From an uncultured Gammaproteobacteria bacterium (GTDB lineage: Bacteria > Patescibacteriota > Patescibacteriia > VMEV01 > CAYQCH01): DNA of 64,000 bases. How positions within the stretch are numbered: position 1 is the first letter of the stretch; every line of letters starts with the position of its first letter. The notes under the pieces were generated by a model. The model had not been told where the DNA came from and did not search any database. It was given only the letters and a program-made list of their open reading frames with translations. Both the position numbers and the translations under genes were made by a program. Where the stretch lies: contig CAYGRO010000007.1 in NCBI GenBank assembly GCA_964352335.1, positions 361 to 64,360 on the forward strand. The letters are read 5' to 3'. Positions 33,795 to 44,381 of this stretch are shown in pieces.

Positions 33795-36020
33795 ATGCGA
33801 ATTTCAATTCACCCTATTTTAGGTGCTTTTCTTTTTTCTTCATTATTTGGAATGATTGCTCCAATTGCACATTCTGGTGACTTATCAGTTAGTAGTGCTT
33901 CTTTTGTTCATGCTGAAGTAGGACAATTGCTCGTACAATACCAAGGACAAACAAAACCTCAACTTTTACAATATAGTACCAATAAAGAAGCGCAAAAAGC
34001 ATTACAAAAATTTCAGAAAAGAAGCGATATTCTTTTTGCACAACCTAATTATACTTATCAAGCATCCGCATTACCAAATGATCAATTGATTGCTTCTCAA
34101 AAACATCTGGGCCAAATTAAAGCAACAGAAGGATGGAATAGTGCAACAAGTGCCAAAGATGTTGTGATTGCCGTTATTGATAGTGGGGTTGATATTGGTC
34201 ATCCTGATTTAAAAAATAATCTTTGGAAGAATCCAAGAGAAACAAAAAACTCAATCGATTCAGATAATAATGGTTATGTAGATGATATAAATGGTTGGGA
34301 CTTTTTAGAAGGAATTGCGGACCCTCGCCCTAAATATTATGAAAGTACACCAGAAGATTCTATTGGGGTTCAACATGGAACCATGGTTGCTGGTATAATC
34401 GCATCGCAAGGAAATAATGGGATTGGTACTGCAGGAATTGCATGGGAAGCACAATTAATGACATTGCGAGTTCTAAATCATATTGGGATTGGTAATTCAG
34501 AAACCGTTACAGAAGCTTTACGATATGCCATTAATAACGGTGCGGATATTATTAATATGAGTTTGGTTGGAACAGATTATGATCCGATGGTTGTTGATTT
34601 ATTAAATCAAGCTTACGAAAAGGGCATTATCGTTGTGGCTGCTGCTGGAAATAATGGTGCAAATTTAAATGCATTAGAGACTTATCCTGTTTGTTACAAT
34701 CAAATGGGTGCCGCTACCGTTATCGGGGTTGGTGCTATTGATAAAGATTTCAATAGACCTAATTTTTCAAATTATGGTTCAGACTGTGTCGATATTGTAG
34801 CTCCAGGTGTAAATGTGTATTCAACAAGGTTTGTTGGTGAAGGGTTTACTGATCAAATAAAGTATAAAGCCCTTTTTAGTGGAACCTCATTTGCTGCTCC
34901 TCAAGTAACAGGTTTGGTGGCTTTGATGAAACAACTAAAACCAGATCTTAATACGGAGCAAGCACTCTTCTTTTTACAAACGGGTTCAACTTCATTAGCG
35001 GGAATACATGTTAAAGGTGCAGGGTTTGATTATGCACTAAATATGGAAGGTACAATGGATCTTTTTGTTCAAACTATTGTCGATAATCCTGATCCTGTAA
35101 TCGATATTCCTGCGACTCAACAAGATAACCCTGAATTTTTAGTTTATCCACTTGGTGAGTTTGGCTCAGTTGCTTTTAAATATGAATTACCAGGTCCACA
35201 ATTAGTAACTCCTGTTGTTTTTGAGGATCAAATTTTTGCAAAGGGGATGCGCATGACTTTAAATACACCATTTACCGTATTAATAAATGCTTGGCGAGGT
35301 GGTTCGAAATCACTCTATCAGTATAATCTGATATCCCAAGAAATGAAGTTATTATTCGAGTTACCTATTGGAAATGACCAAACAATTGGGCAAACGGCTA
35401 TAGGTAAAGTTGATGTAGACAATAAAGATGATTTGATTATTGCTTCTGGTCCAGATGCTCAGCCGTATATTGGTTTATATGATATGAAAGGGACATTAAA
35501 ATACTCATTTAAGCCCTATAATGATGAAATTAATGGAGGGCTTTCTGTTGCTTTATGGGATATTAATAATGATGGCTTAAATGAAATTGTTGTTGTTCCA
35601 GAAAATCAGACGGATGGTCATATTAAGATTTTTGATTATACCGGATTACTTATCAAAGAATGGGTCGCTTATGAGAACTTTGGTGGTGGAGCAACGCTTT
35701 CTACAGGGGATATTAATAATGATGGTGTAGAAGAATTAATTGTTGGTCCAGGTGGAACAGGTGGGCCACATGTAAAAATCTTCAATGTAAATGGAGAAAT
35801 GGTTCAAGAATTTTTTGCGGGTGATGTTATCGATGCTGGTGGTGCAGATGCTAAATTTTATGATTTTGATAGAGATGGCATTAATGATTTTGTCTTTTCA
35901 TTTAAAATGGCTGGTACTCCAGTTATTCGTTTATACGATATGCAAGGAAAATTTAAAGCAGAATATGGCGTATTAGACGGTGATTATCGTGAAGGCGTCG
36001 GAATTGTACTTATTGATTAA
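33795..36020 (+). CDS. Secreted S8 (subtilisin) peptidase with C-terminal FG-GAP/VCBS repeats
   Basis: Triad IDSG / HGTMVAG / GTSFAAP; DINNDG.EL and GGPHVKIF repeats. Confidence 0.93.
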   Translation: MRISIHPILGAFLFSSLFGMIAPIAHSGDLSVSSASFVHAEVGQLLVQYQGQTKPQLLQYSTNKEAQKALQKFQKRSDILFAQPNYTYQASALPNDQLIASQKHLGQIKATEGWNSATSAKDVVIAVIDSGVDIGHPDLKNNLWKNPRETKNSIDSDNNGYVDDINGWDFLEGIADPRPKYYESTPEDSIGVQHGTMVAGIIASQGNNGIGTAGIAWEAQLMTLRVLNHIGIGNSETVTEALRYAINNGADIINMSLVGTDYDPMVVDLLNQAYEKGIIVVAAAGNNGANLNALETYPVCYNQMGAATVIGVGAIDKDFNRPNFSNYGSDCVDIVAPGVNVYSTRFVGEGFTDQIKYKALFSGTSFAAPQVTGLVALMKQLKPDLNTEQALFFLQTGSTSLAGIHVKGAGFDYALNMEGTMDLFVQTIVDNPDPVIDIPATQQDNPEFLVYPLGEFGSVAFKYELPGPQLVTPVVFEDQIFAKGMRMTLNTPFTVLINAWRGGSKSLYQYNLISQEMKLLFELPIGNDQTIGQTAIGKVDVDNKDDLIIASGPDAQPYIGLYDMKGTLKYSFKPYNDEINGGLSVALWDINNDGLNEIVVVPENQTDGHIKIFDYTGLLIKEWVAYENFGGGATLSTGDINNDGVEELIVGPGGTGGPHVKIFNVNGEMVQEFFAGDVIDAGGADAKFYDFDRDGINDFVFSFKMAGTPVIRLYDMQGKFKAEYGVLDGDYREGVGIVLID

Positions 36021-36046
36021 TAACTACTCCTTAAGGAAAAAGCACT

Positions 36047-37069
36047 ATGGCTAAACAAGCAATTTTTGAAAAAAAGAATATTCTTGTCACAGGGGGGGCA
36101 GGGTTTATTGGTTCTCATCTTTGTGATGAATTAATCAATCGTGGAAAAGTAATTTGTGTCGATAATTTTGTTTCTAGTAGTCAGTCGAATATCGATCATC
36201 TCTTACAGAATCCAAATTTTATTTTCATCAACCATGATATTACACAACCTTTAGATTTAACGGCTTATCCAGAATTAGAAAGATTTCGAGTTGAATTTCA
36301 AGGTGTGCAAGAAGTGTATCATTTAGCTTGTCCAACAAGTCCAAAGAATTTTGAACAAGTTCGAGTTCAAACAATGGATGCAAATACACTTGGTGTGAAA
36401 AATATGTTGGATTTAGCAAAGCAATATAATGCTCGATTTCTTTTTGCATCTTCTTCTGTTGTTTACGGGGATCGCCCAAAAGAAGACCCCTATTTTCATG
36501 AAGGAGTTGTTGGGACATTAGATCAAAATAGTCCAAGAGCTGTTTATGACTTAGGAAAAAAGTTTGCAGAAACAATGGTCATGACCTATCAAGAAGCATT
36601 TGGATTAAAAACACGTATTGCGAGAATTTTTAGAACCTATGGCCCAAGAATGATGTTAAATGACGGAAGAATGGTTCCAGATTTTATTACAAATGCCTTA
36701 AAAGGAGATGAGCTGGTCATTTATGGTGATGATGACTTTAGTACATCACTTTGTTATGTTTCTGATATTGTTGACGGACTAGTACGATTGATGGAAATAA
36801 ATGAAGATCATTTAACAGTAAATTTAGGAAGCGACCAAAATCTACCATTGGTAGAAGTTGCTCAAAAGGTTATTGCATTATCAAACTCAGCTTCATCTAT
36901 TCGATTTGAACCACCCTTATTGTTTATGTCACCATTGGGGTTACCAATTATCACGAGAGCAAAAGATGAATTTGGCTGGATACCGATTGTGACACTAGAA
37001 AATGGGCTAATACAAACGATTAACTATGCCAAAGCCGAACGTTCTCGTTTAGGGGCTAGCATGCGCTAA
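36047..37069 (+). CDS. UDP-glucuronate decarboxylase-like NAD-dependent epimerase/dehydratase
   Basis: TGGAGFIGSHL, YHLACPTSP, YDLGK, RIFRTYGPRM..DGR. Confidence 0.9.
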   Translation: MAKQAIFEKKNILVTGGAGFIGSHLCDELINRGKVICVDNFVSSSQSNIDHLLQNPNFIFINHDITQPLDLTAYPELERFRVEFQGVQEVYHLACPTSPKNFEQVRVQTMDANTLGVKNMLDLAKQYNARFLFASSSVVYGDRPKEDPYFHEGVVGTLDQNSPRAVYDLGKKFAETMVMTYQEAFGLKTRIARIFRTYGPRMMLNDGRMVPDFITNALKGDELVIYGDDDFSTSLCYVSDIVDGLVRLMEINEDHLTVNLGSDQNLPLVEVAQKVIALSNSASSIRFEPPLLFMSPLGLPIITRAKDEFGWIPIVTLENGLIQTINYAKAERSRLGASMR

Positions 37070-37127
37070 TAAAGGGGCTTCTATTGATGATATTAGCTTC
37101 ATTTGCTAATCTGACGAGCATAAAACT

Positions 37128-37796
37128 ATGAAAGTAACTGCCGTTATTCCAGCATATAATGAAGAACAAATGATTCAAGAAGTCATTGATTTAGTACGGC
37201 CTCATGTAGATGAGGTCATTGTTATTGATGATGGCTCAAAAGATCAAACCTATGAAAATGCAAAAGATTCTGGAGCTGTCGTTACTCGTCATCTTATAAA
37301 TAGAGGACAAGGTGCTGCTTTGCAAACAGGGATGGATTTGGCTTTATATAGAGGAGCAGACTATATTGTTCATTTTGATTCTGATGGTCAACATCCTCAA
37401 GACCAGATTAAAGATTTACTCGCTCCATTACAAACAGGGGATTACGATATCGTAACTGGGTCTCGTTTTTTAGATCAAACATCAAATATTCCAAAAGTAC
37501 GTAAGCTCGTTTTAACAGGTGGGGCTTTGTTTACTCGTTTAATGAGCGGATTAAAAGTAACAGATTCGCATAATGGGTTTAGAGCATTAAATAAAAAAGC
37601 TGCGACACTTATTCAATTGCGACAAGATAGAATGGCTCATGCTTCTGAATTAATCCAATTAGTTGCGCGCCATGAATTGAGGCATAAAGAAGTACCTGTG
37701 ACTATTACCTATACAGATTATTCTATGGCAAAGGGGCAGAGTTCTTGGAATGCTATTAAAATTGTCATTGATCTCATTAAAGGGTCAATGTTGTAA
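37128..37796 (+). CDS. GT2 DPM1-like polyprenol-phosphate glycosyltransferase
   Basis: IPAYNEE, IDDGSKD, NRGQGAAL, FDSDGQH, DSHNGFR. Confidence 0.92.
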   Translation: MKVTAVIPAYNEEQMIQEVIDLVRPHVDEVIVIDDGSKDQTYENAKDSGAVVTRHLINRGQGAALQTGMDLALYRGADYIVHFDSDGQHPQDQIKDLLAPLQTGDYDIVTGSRFLDQTSNIPKVRKLVLTGGALFTRLMSGLKVTDSHNGFRALNKKAATLIQLRQDRMAHASELIQLVARHELRHKEVPVTITYTDYSMAKGQSSWNAIKIVIDLIKGSML

Positions 37797-37840
37797 GGGT
37801 TTATTTCAGGTCAAATGTTAAAGGTAAATTGTATTCATCT

Positions 37841-38218
37841 ATGTTGATTTTCCAGATTATTGCCAGCGTTTTTATCCTCTTTGCGATGCAAAGAATTTTA
37901 ACGAGGTATAAACAAGCAAGAGTACCTAAAAGCGAGGTATTGATCTGGCTTTTATTTTGGTTTTTCGTGGCAATTGCTGTTTGGTGGCCACGTGGAACAG
38001 ATCTTATTGCTAATGCCCTAGGAATTAGTCGTGGATATGAATTAGTCGTTGCTGTTTCATTGGCATTACTCTTTTTCATGGTTTTTAAGCTCTTTACCCA
38101 TGTGCATCAATTGCACGCTCAAATGACCGATCTCGTGCGAAAATTGGCTATTCAGCAACAAGAAGAGAAGAAAGTTACTTCATTTGATGGGTCTAAAAAA
38201 AGCGATCTACAAAATTAG
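37841..38218 (+). CDS. DUF2304 small membrane protein
   Basis: 3 TM, ANALGISRG, TDLVRKLAI; directly after the DPM1-like GT2. Confidence 0.85.
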   Translation: MLIFQIIASVFILFAMQRILTRYKQARVPKSEVLIWLLFWFFVAIAVWWPRGTDLIANALGISRGYELVVAVSLALLFFMVFKLFTHVHQLHAQMTDLVRKLAIQQQEEKKVTSFDGSKKSDLQN

Positions 38219-38232
38219 GACAATACTTGGTT

Positions 38233-39318
38233 ATGAATGTTATGAAAAAAGTAAAAGTCGTCAGCGTTATCGTTACTTATAATGCGTATAAAGGAGGCTT
38301 TTTTCCTCGTTGTTTAGAACATTTAGACTTGATTGAATTAAAGAATGATCAATTTGAAATAGATCATCATATTATCGTTGTTGACTCAGCTTCTTCTGAT
38401 CAAACACCTGAAAAAATTAAACAGTCTCATTCACAGATCCAGGTAATCGCAAGTGAGAAAAATTTAGGATATGCAGGAGGGAATAATCTCGGGTTTGAGG
38501 AGGCTCAAAAAATGGGGGCTGACTATATTGCTATTATCACACAAGATGTTTATATCAAGCCACAATGGCTTTTAGAAGCACTTAAAGTCGCTGAATCTGA
38601 TAAATCTATTGGTATTGTTCAACCTTTATTGCTTTTATGGCCTCAAAGAGATCGAATTAATTCAACAGGAAATGCGATTCACTTTTTAGGGTATGGATAT
38701 GCACGAGGATATCAAGATTCTTTAGTTGATTATCGTAATTCTGGGATCGAAGAAATCCCATATTCTAGTGGTGCTGTTTTTCTGTATTCCATGAATGCTT
38801 ATCGAGCCATTGGAGGATTTGATGAAGAGATGTGGATGTATAATGAAGATCAAGATTTGGGTTGGAGACTTCTTTTGGCTGGGTATAAAAGTGTACTAGC
38901 GCCAAATAGTCGAGCCTATCATCAATACGAATTTTCTCGAAGTATTACCAAAATGTATTATATGGATAGAAATAGATTGATAGTCATCTTTCAAAACTAC
39001 CATATTGCAACTCTGCTTATCATTTTTAAAGCCCTCTTTTTAAATGAATTAGCTGGTTTCGTTTTAGCTTGGCGCGGAGGGTGGTTAAAAGAGAAGCTTG
39101 CTGTCTGGAAGTACTTTTTAAAACCTCAAAGTTGGAAACTGATTTTACAGAAACGAAGGCTCAGGCAAGCAAATAGGGTAGTGAAAGACAAAGATCTTAT
39201 TAAGCACTTCACAGGGCAAATTTTATTTCAAGATGTCATGAACCCTCTTATAAAATATCTTGCGAATCCTATTTTGGGTCTCTATTATTGGGTAGTAAAA
39301 TTGATCATTTTTTGGTAA
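38233..39318 (+). CDS. GT2 glycosyltransferase (rhamnosyltransferase-like)
   Basis: IVTYN, VVDSASSD, NLGYAGGNN, GGFDE, YNEDQDLGWR. Confidence 0.9.
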   Translation: MNVMKKVKVVSVIVTYNAYKGGFFPRCLEHLDLIELKNDQFEIDHHIIVVDSASSDQTPEKIKQSHSQIQVIASEKNLGYAGGNNLGFEEAQKMGADYIAIITQDVYIKPQWLLEALKVAESDKSIGIVQPLLLLWPQRDRINSTGNAIHFLGYGYARGYQDSLVDYRNSGIEEIPYSSGAVFLYSMNAYRAIGGFDEEMWMYNEDQDLGWRLLLAGYKSVLAPNSRAYHQYEFSRSITKMYYMDRNRLIVIFQNYHIATLLIIFKALFLNELAGFVLAWRGGWLKEKLAVWKYFLKPQSWKLILQKRRLRQANRVVKDKDLIKHFTGQILFQDVMNPLIKYLANPILGLYYWVVKLIIFW

Positions 39319-39372
39319 ATAAAAAATGTATTCAAGGGCTTTAGAAACTCTCTGTTATTGAATAATATACGT

Positions 39373-40485
39373 ATGCATATCTCTCATATCGTCTCAACAT
39401 ATCCTCCGTATAAGGGAGGGATGGGAAATGTTGCATTTGAAATGGTAAAAGGATTAAAGAAAAAGGGCTATAAAACAAGTGTTTTGACGCCTAATTACCC
39501 TCAAGGGTTAACTCAACAATACGATGCAGACATTATCAAATTGGATCCAGTGTTTTCTTATGGGAATTCTGCTTTTGTACCAAGTTTGTATTCACATCTA
39601 AAAAAGACAAATCTTATTCATTTGCATTATCCCTTTTTTGGAGGGGCAGAAACGGTTGCCTTCTTCAAGAGAAATCACCCAGATATTCCTCTTGTCATTT
39701 CTTATCATATGGATGTGCAGGGAGCTGGATTACTCAAGGCTTTTTTTCAAATCTACAGAAAAACGTTTTTCCCATGGATTATGAATAAAGCCGATACAAT
39801 TATTGTTTCCTCAAAAGATTATACTCAAGCTTCAAATTTTTTGAGTCTTGTGAAGCAAAAGAATATTATTGAACTTCCGTTTGGGGCAGATAATATCTAT
39901 CAACCTAGTTCAAGAAAACTTGATTTAGGAAAAGTACAACTACTCTTTGTTGGTGGATTAGATAAAGCTCATTATTTTAAAGGACTACATAATTTACTTA
40001 ATGCGCTTGGTCAATTACAGAAACAATCAGCAGATTTCCACCTCTCTATTGTCGGTGACGGAGATTTACGAGAATCGTACGAATTAACCGTTAGAAAAAA
40101 TAATCTTAAAGAGAAAGTGACATTTAGAGGGAAGTTAAATGATGCTGATTTAGTAAAAGCCTATCAACAAGCAGATTGTACGATTTTGCCTTCTGTTGAT
40201 AGATCAGAGGCATTTGGCCTTGTTTTAATTGAGTCTATGGCTTGCGGGACGCCTGTTATTGCTTCAAATCTCCCTGGAGTAAGAAGCGTTGTAGACCATG
40301 GCAAGACTGGCTTTTTGGTTGAGCCAAATAATGTGCAAGAATTAGCAAATCAAGTAAAGAAATTAATGGAGGATAAATCACTTCGACAAGAAATGTCGCA
40401 AAATGCAATAAATAAGGTAGAAACAGATTATCGATGGCCAAAAGTCATAGATCAATTAGATGTTGTTTACAAATCACTTTTATGA
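39373..40485 (+). CDS. GT4 glycosyltransferase
   Basis: HLHYP, EAFGLVLIESMACGTPVIAS. Confidence 0.93.
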   Translation: MHISHIVSTYPPYKGGMGNVAFEMVKGLKKKGYKTSVLTPNYPQGLTQQYDADIIKLDPVFSYGNSAFVPSLYSHLKKTNLIHLHYPFFGGAETVAFFKRNHPDIPLVISYHMDVQGAGLLKAFFQIYRKTFFPWIMNKADTIIVSSKDYTQASNFLSLVKQKNIIELPFGADNIYQPSSRKLDLGKVQLLFVGGLDKAHYFKGLHNLLNALGQLQKQSADFHLSIVGDGDLRESYELTVRKNNLKEKVTFRGKLNDADLVKAYQQADCTILPSVDRSEAFGLVLIESMACGTPVIASNLPGVRSVVDHGKTGFLVEPNNVQELANQVKKLMEDKSLRQEMSQNAINKVETDYRWPKVIDQLDVVYKSLL

Positions 40486-41678
40486 AACTAGTTTTGATTA
40501 CCAATTTATATGAGCCATATGCTCGAGGTGGGGCAGAAGTAATTGTAAAACGCACTGCTTTAGAGCTTTTAAAATTAGGGCATGATGTTTCAATCATTAC
40601 AGCTAAGCCTTGGTCTGGTCTATCCTCGTTAAAGCCAGAGAAAGAAGAAATGAATAATGGGATAAAAATGATCCGCTATTATCCTTTAAATATCTTTTTC
40701 TATCGTAATGATGGTAATTGGCCGCTATTTTTTAGGTTTATTTGGCATTTCTTTGACCTTGTTAATGTTGTTTCAGCAATAACCGTTAAAAAGATTTTAC
40801 TAAGCGAAAAACCTGATCTTATTCTTACCCATAATTTAATTGGGCTCGGTTTTTTACTTCCCAAGGTTATTAAACAAACGAAGATAAAACACATCCATGT
40901 TTTACATGATATTCAATTAGCTATTCGCTCAGGGGTTATGAAACAAGGAGAGGAGCAAGCCTGGTTTGTCTCTGGTTTCATTGCTCGAATGTATCAAGGG
41001 ATTGTAAAAGCATTATTTGGCTCACCTGATATTTGTATTTCTCCATCAAAATTTTTACGAGATTTTTATGAAAAATTAGGCTATTTCCCAGACTCTCAAA
41101 AAGAAGTTATTCAAAATCCAATCGATCAACTGTTTTTCGAAGGTCAGCAATCAAAAAATAGAGCGGGTACAGAAGGGAATACTTCATTTGGGTATATAGG
41201 ACAATTAGTTGAGCATAAAGGCTTAAAAACTCTTTTAAAGGCCTTTTTAAGTATTACTGATCCCTCTATTCGTCTAGAAATTGTTGGTTCTGGTGCTATG
41301 GAAGAAGAAATCAAAGATTGTGCTAATAAAGATACTCGAATTACTTTTCATGGACGTATTCCAAATGAAGAATTACCAGCTTTTTATCAATCAATTGATG
41401 TAACTCTCGTGCCAACAGAAACGTATGAAAATTCACCAACCGTGGTTTTTGAATCCTTGGCTTCTGGTAAGCCTGTGATTGTTTCGTCAATCGGAGGGGC
41501 TGCAGAGATGATTGATGAAGGGAAAAATGGGTTTGTCTTTAAACCAGGGGATAGCAAAGAACTTTCGGAAAAAATACGAGACATTATAAAAGTGCAAGAA
41601 AAAATGCAGGACTATTGTTTACGATTAGCTGGCGAGCTAGAAAAAAGAGAGTATGCAAAACGTATTTTAAGCATTTAA
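40482..41678 (+). CDS. GT4 glycosyltransferase
   Basis: GGAE, KGL, ENSPTVVFESLASGKPVI. Confidence 0.92.
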   Translation: MKLVLITNLYEPYARGGAEVIVKRTALELLKLGHDVSIITAKPWSGLSSLKPEKEEMNNGIKMIRYYPLNIFFYRNDGNWPLFFRFIWHFFDLVNVVSAITVKKILLSEKPDLILTHNLIGLGFLLPKVIKQTKIKHIHVLHDIQLAIRSGVMKQGEEQAWFVSGFIARMYQGIVKALFGSPDICISPSKFLRDFYEKLGYFPDSQKEVIQNPIDQLFFEGQQSKNRAGTEGNTSFGYIGQLVEHKGLKTLLKAFLSITDPSIRLEIVGSGAMEEEIKDCANKDTRITFHGRIPNEELPAFYQSIDVTLVPTETYENSPTVVFESLASGKPVIVSSIGGAAEMIDEGKNGFVFKPGDSKELSEKIRDIIKVQEKMQDYCLRLAGELEKREYAKRILSI

Positions 41679-41702
41679 CAATCTAGTCTTTTGATAGTTT
41701 GC

Positions 41703-42146
41703 CTAAAGTTTTTTAAGAAAATGAACGACTCTTGCTGATTCTTTATATCCAATTTCTTCATGAAAAGCATGGCTGTTTTTATTACTTAAATCCGCGTCAG
41801 AACCCATTTCTGTGCAACCACTGTGTTTTGCCCAGGTTTCAATAAGCTCAACAAGTTTTTTTGCAATACCTTGTTTGCGATATTCCTTTTTTACAAAAAT
41901 ACCTTCGATATAACCAACATTTCGTGTTTCTGCTCCTTCAACATAATCAGTACGAATAGATGCATTAATGAAAGCAATAGGGGTATTATCTTGATCTAAA
42001 CAGAGATAACTTCGGTATTGTTCAGGTGTTTGAAGTTGTTGTTTGAATTCTGCTTCCAATTCTTTTTTATCTTGTTCAGGCCAAAGCTCATGGGCAAGGT
42101 TAACCCAAGGGGTGAGGTGGTCGATTCCTATTTGATGATAAGTCAT
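41703..42146 (-). CDS. GNAT acetyltransferase, AAC(6')-I-like
   Basis: LWP, RTDYVEG, GYIEGIFV, GCTEMGSD, SHAFH..GY.E..RVVHFLKKL. Confidence 0.85.
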   Translation of the reverse strand: MTYHQIGIDHLTPWVNLAHELWPEQDKKELEAEFKQQLQTPEQYRSYLCLDQDNTPIAFINASIRTDYVEGAETRNVGYIEGIFVKKEYRKQGIAKKLVELIETWAKHSGCTEMGSDADLSNKNSHAFHEEIGYKESARVVHFLKKL

Positions 42147-42151
42147 AGAGG

Positions 42152-44302
42152 TTAAAATCGGTAAGTAAATATAGTATTTATCCCACCATCTATCTCTATC
42201 CATTCATTCGCTTGTAGTTTTGCTTGTTCTTTTATTTGTGCGGCATTATCCCAATAATTATTTAGGACAAAATAAACCGTATCAACCCCCGTTAATTCAA
42301 CGGCCTTTTCGGCATTTTCTCTACTAGGGGTATCATAAACCATATTTAAATAGAGGTTGTATAAAGGGCTTGACGTTGGAATAGGGTAGTAAAAAATGGT
42401 TTGGTTATCATCTGTCTTAAAATAGGTTTGAAACCCGAATTCTTTAATCGCTGCCGCAGAGACACTTTGATTAGCTAATACCACAAAATTTGTCTTTTTT
42501 TCTCCAATCTTTTTTACTGTTGAAAGATCCGTTGCGCTTACACTATATTGTCTACCTAATTCATAACGATTATTTCTTGGGTAAGAAGCAAAGACGACTC
42601 CTGTGATAATCCAAGCCAGTGAAAAAGCAAAAATAAGTTGTTCATATTTATATTGTTCAATGCGTCTCCATAACCAAATCAGAGCAATGATAAGTAATGG
42701 AGAAGCGGCTAAAAATGCTGTATGAAAGAGTCTTCCAGCATATGCTTGGTTTTCATATTGAATAAGACCAGGAAAGCTAATAAATGTAGACAAGAGAATT
42801 GCATTGAATAAAAAAATAAGAGCGCTTAATCCATAAACACGTAAATAACTATACCGAGACCGCAATGCTAACCAATAAACCATGATGAAGACAATCAAAG
42901 TAAGCATCCACCAAATATTTTCTTGAATAAAGTATCCAAATTCAAAAAAGAATGAACGATACTGGTTTTCAGCAAGAAAAGGCCTTATCGGCAGCCATGC
43001 AAAGACATCGGAGAGTTGTACTTCAGATAGGGGTTTAACGATCGCACCTAATTGTGGGGAAAGCTTTCCATTAATAAAAAAGATTAATGGCATAACAAGG
43101 CTTCCAATAGCAACAACAGAAAAAACAATCATTCGATGTATCCATGGTAAATGATGTATTCTTGTTCGGTAAAGTTCATGTGTAAGCAATGTAAGAAAGA
43201 GAATTGATGGGATTCCAGCAAGTGGGTGAATAACCGCAGAAGTAATTCCCATCATCCATAAAAACCAAAGTGGGATTGTATTTGAACGATAGGAAAGCAG
43301 GGTAAACGAACCAATGACAATAAAAAGAAATAAGATACTTGCTAAACCTTGTGGGGTCGTGCTGATAAAAAAAGAAAACGGAATACAGAGATAAACAAGA
43401 CTAAGCCAGAGAGATGATTTTGTAATCGGTTTTTCTTCAATTGCTTGATAGGACCATTCTGATAAAAAAAGTGGGATACCAAATGCTGCTAAAAGGGGAA
43501 CGAGTAATTTATCTGCCCAAAGTAAAGAAAAGCCAAGCAGTTTATTTAATGAAACGATAAGCGCGTATTGGCCAATATAATAAGGTGTTTTGGGTAAGAC
43601 TAATCCGGTATCTGCAATGAGTGTTTGTGCTTCTTGATGAATAAATGGATCAAAACCATAACCAATTTTGTAGACAATTAGTGCAATGCCATAACAGAGG
43701 AATAAATGGAAGGAAACAAGAAAATAACTAATAACCTTCTGTTTGATCTTCCAAAGGGATAAAATCCATATAAGAGTACAAAGAAAAAACAACCCCCAAA
43801 AATTAGGGGAAAGAGTATTCCAAGGGGAAGTAATTGCTTCAGTAGTTTGTCCTTGGAAAAGTTGAATCAATAGCCAAAATAGGAGTACGAGATAGGTTCC
43901 GATAAGGAGTATCTTTGGAGTTGATTTTCTTAAGGAAATAAAAGGTGGATCTAAGGTAAGTTGAGATTGTTTTCCAGAAGAGTTTTTTAATAAGAAAATA
44001 CCAATAATTGGAAGGCAAAGAAAAACCAGAGCTTGTCCACCAGCTGAAAGGTCCCATAAATAATATTGTATAGATCCAATTAAACTAAGTGATACCAATA
44101 AGAGCAATAGCGCAAAGCTAAGTTGAAAAACAAGATGTCTCTTAGGCATGAGTTCTTGTCCCCAAAGGAGAAGTTGAAAAAAAACAAAGACGCCACCAAA
44201 TAAAGAAGCGACCCAAGAATTATTCCAAACAAAGAGGTTTAAAATAACAGGGAGTAAAAGCCCATAGGAGACTATGGTATACTGAAACAAAGATAATGGC
44301 AT
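42152..44302 (-). CDS. Large polytopic membrane protein (GT-C-like)
   Basis: More than 15 TM helices; YGFDPFIH loop; C-terminal soluble domain. Confidence 0.7.
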   Translation of the reverse strand: MPLSLFQYTIVSYGLLLPVILNLFVWNNSWVASLFGGVFVFFQLLLWGQELMPKRHLVFQLSFALLLLLVSLSLIGSIQYYLWDLSAGGQALVFLCLPIIGIFLLKNSSGKQSQLTLDPPFISLRKSTPKILLIGTYLVLLFWLLIQLFQGQTTEAITSPWNTLSPNFWGLFFLCTLIWILSLWKIKQKVISYFLVSFHLFLCYGIALIVYKIGYGFDPFIHQEAQTLIADTGLVLPKTPYYIGQYALIVSLNKLLGFSLLWADKLLVPLLAAFGIPLFLSEWSYQAIEEKPITKSSLWLSLVYLCIPFSFFISTTPQGLASILFLFIVIGSFTLLSYRSNTIPLWFLWMMGITSAVIHPLAGIPSILFLTLLTHELYRTRIHHLPWIHRMIVFSVVAIGSLVMPLIFFINGKLSPQLGAIVKPLSEVQLSDVFAWLPIRPFLAENQYRSFFFEFGYFIQENIWWMLTLIVFIMVYWLALRSRYSYLRVYGLSALIFLFNAILLSTFISFPGLIQYENQAYAGRLFHTAFLAASPLLIIALIWLWRRIEQYKYEQLIFAFSLAWIITGVVFASYPRNNRYELGRQYSVSATDLSTVKKIGEKKTNFVVLANQSVSAAAIKEFGFQTYFKTDDNQTIFYYPIPTSSPLYNLYLNMVYDTPSRENAEKAVELTGVDTVYFVLNNYWDNAAQIKEQAKLQANEWIEIDGGINTIFTYRF

Positions 44303-44381
44303 GAAAATGTCACTTGTACTAAAGCTAAGATATTTATATTATAGCATTTCAAAAATTCATTGTCTTTGTTCTGTATTACTT

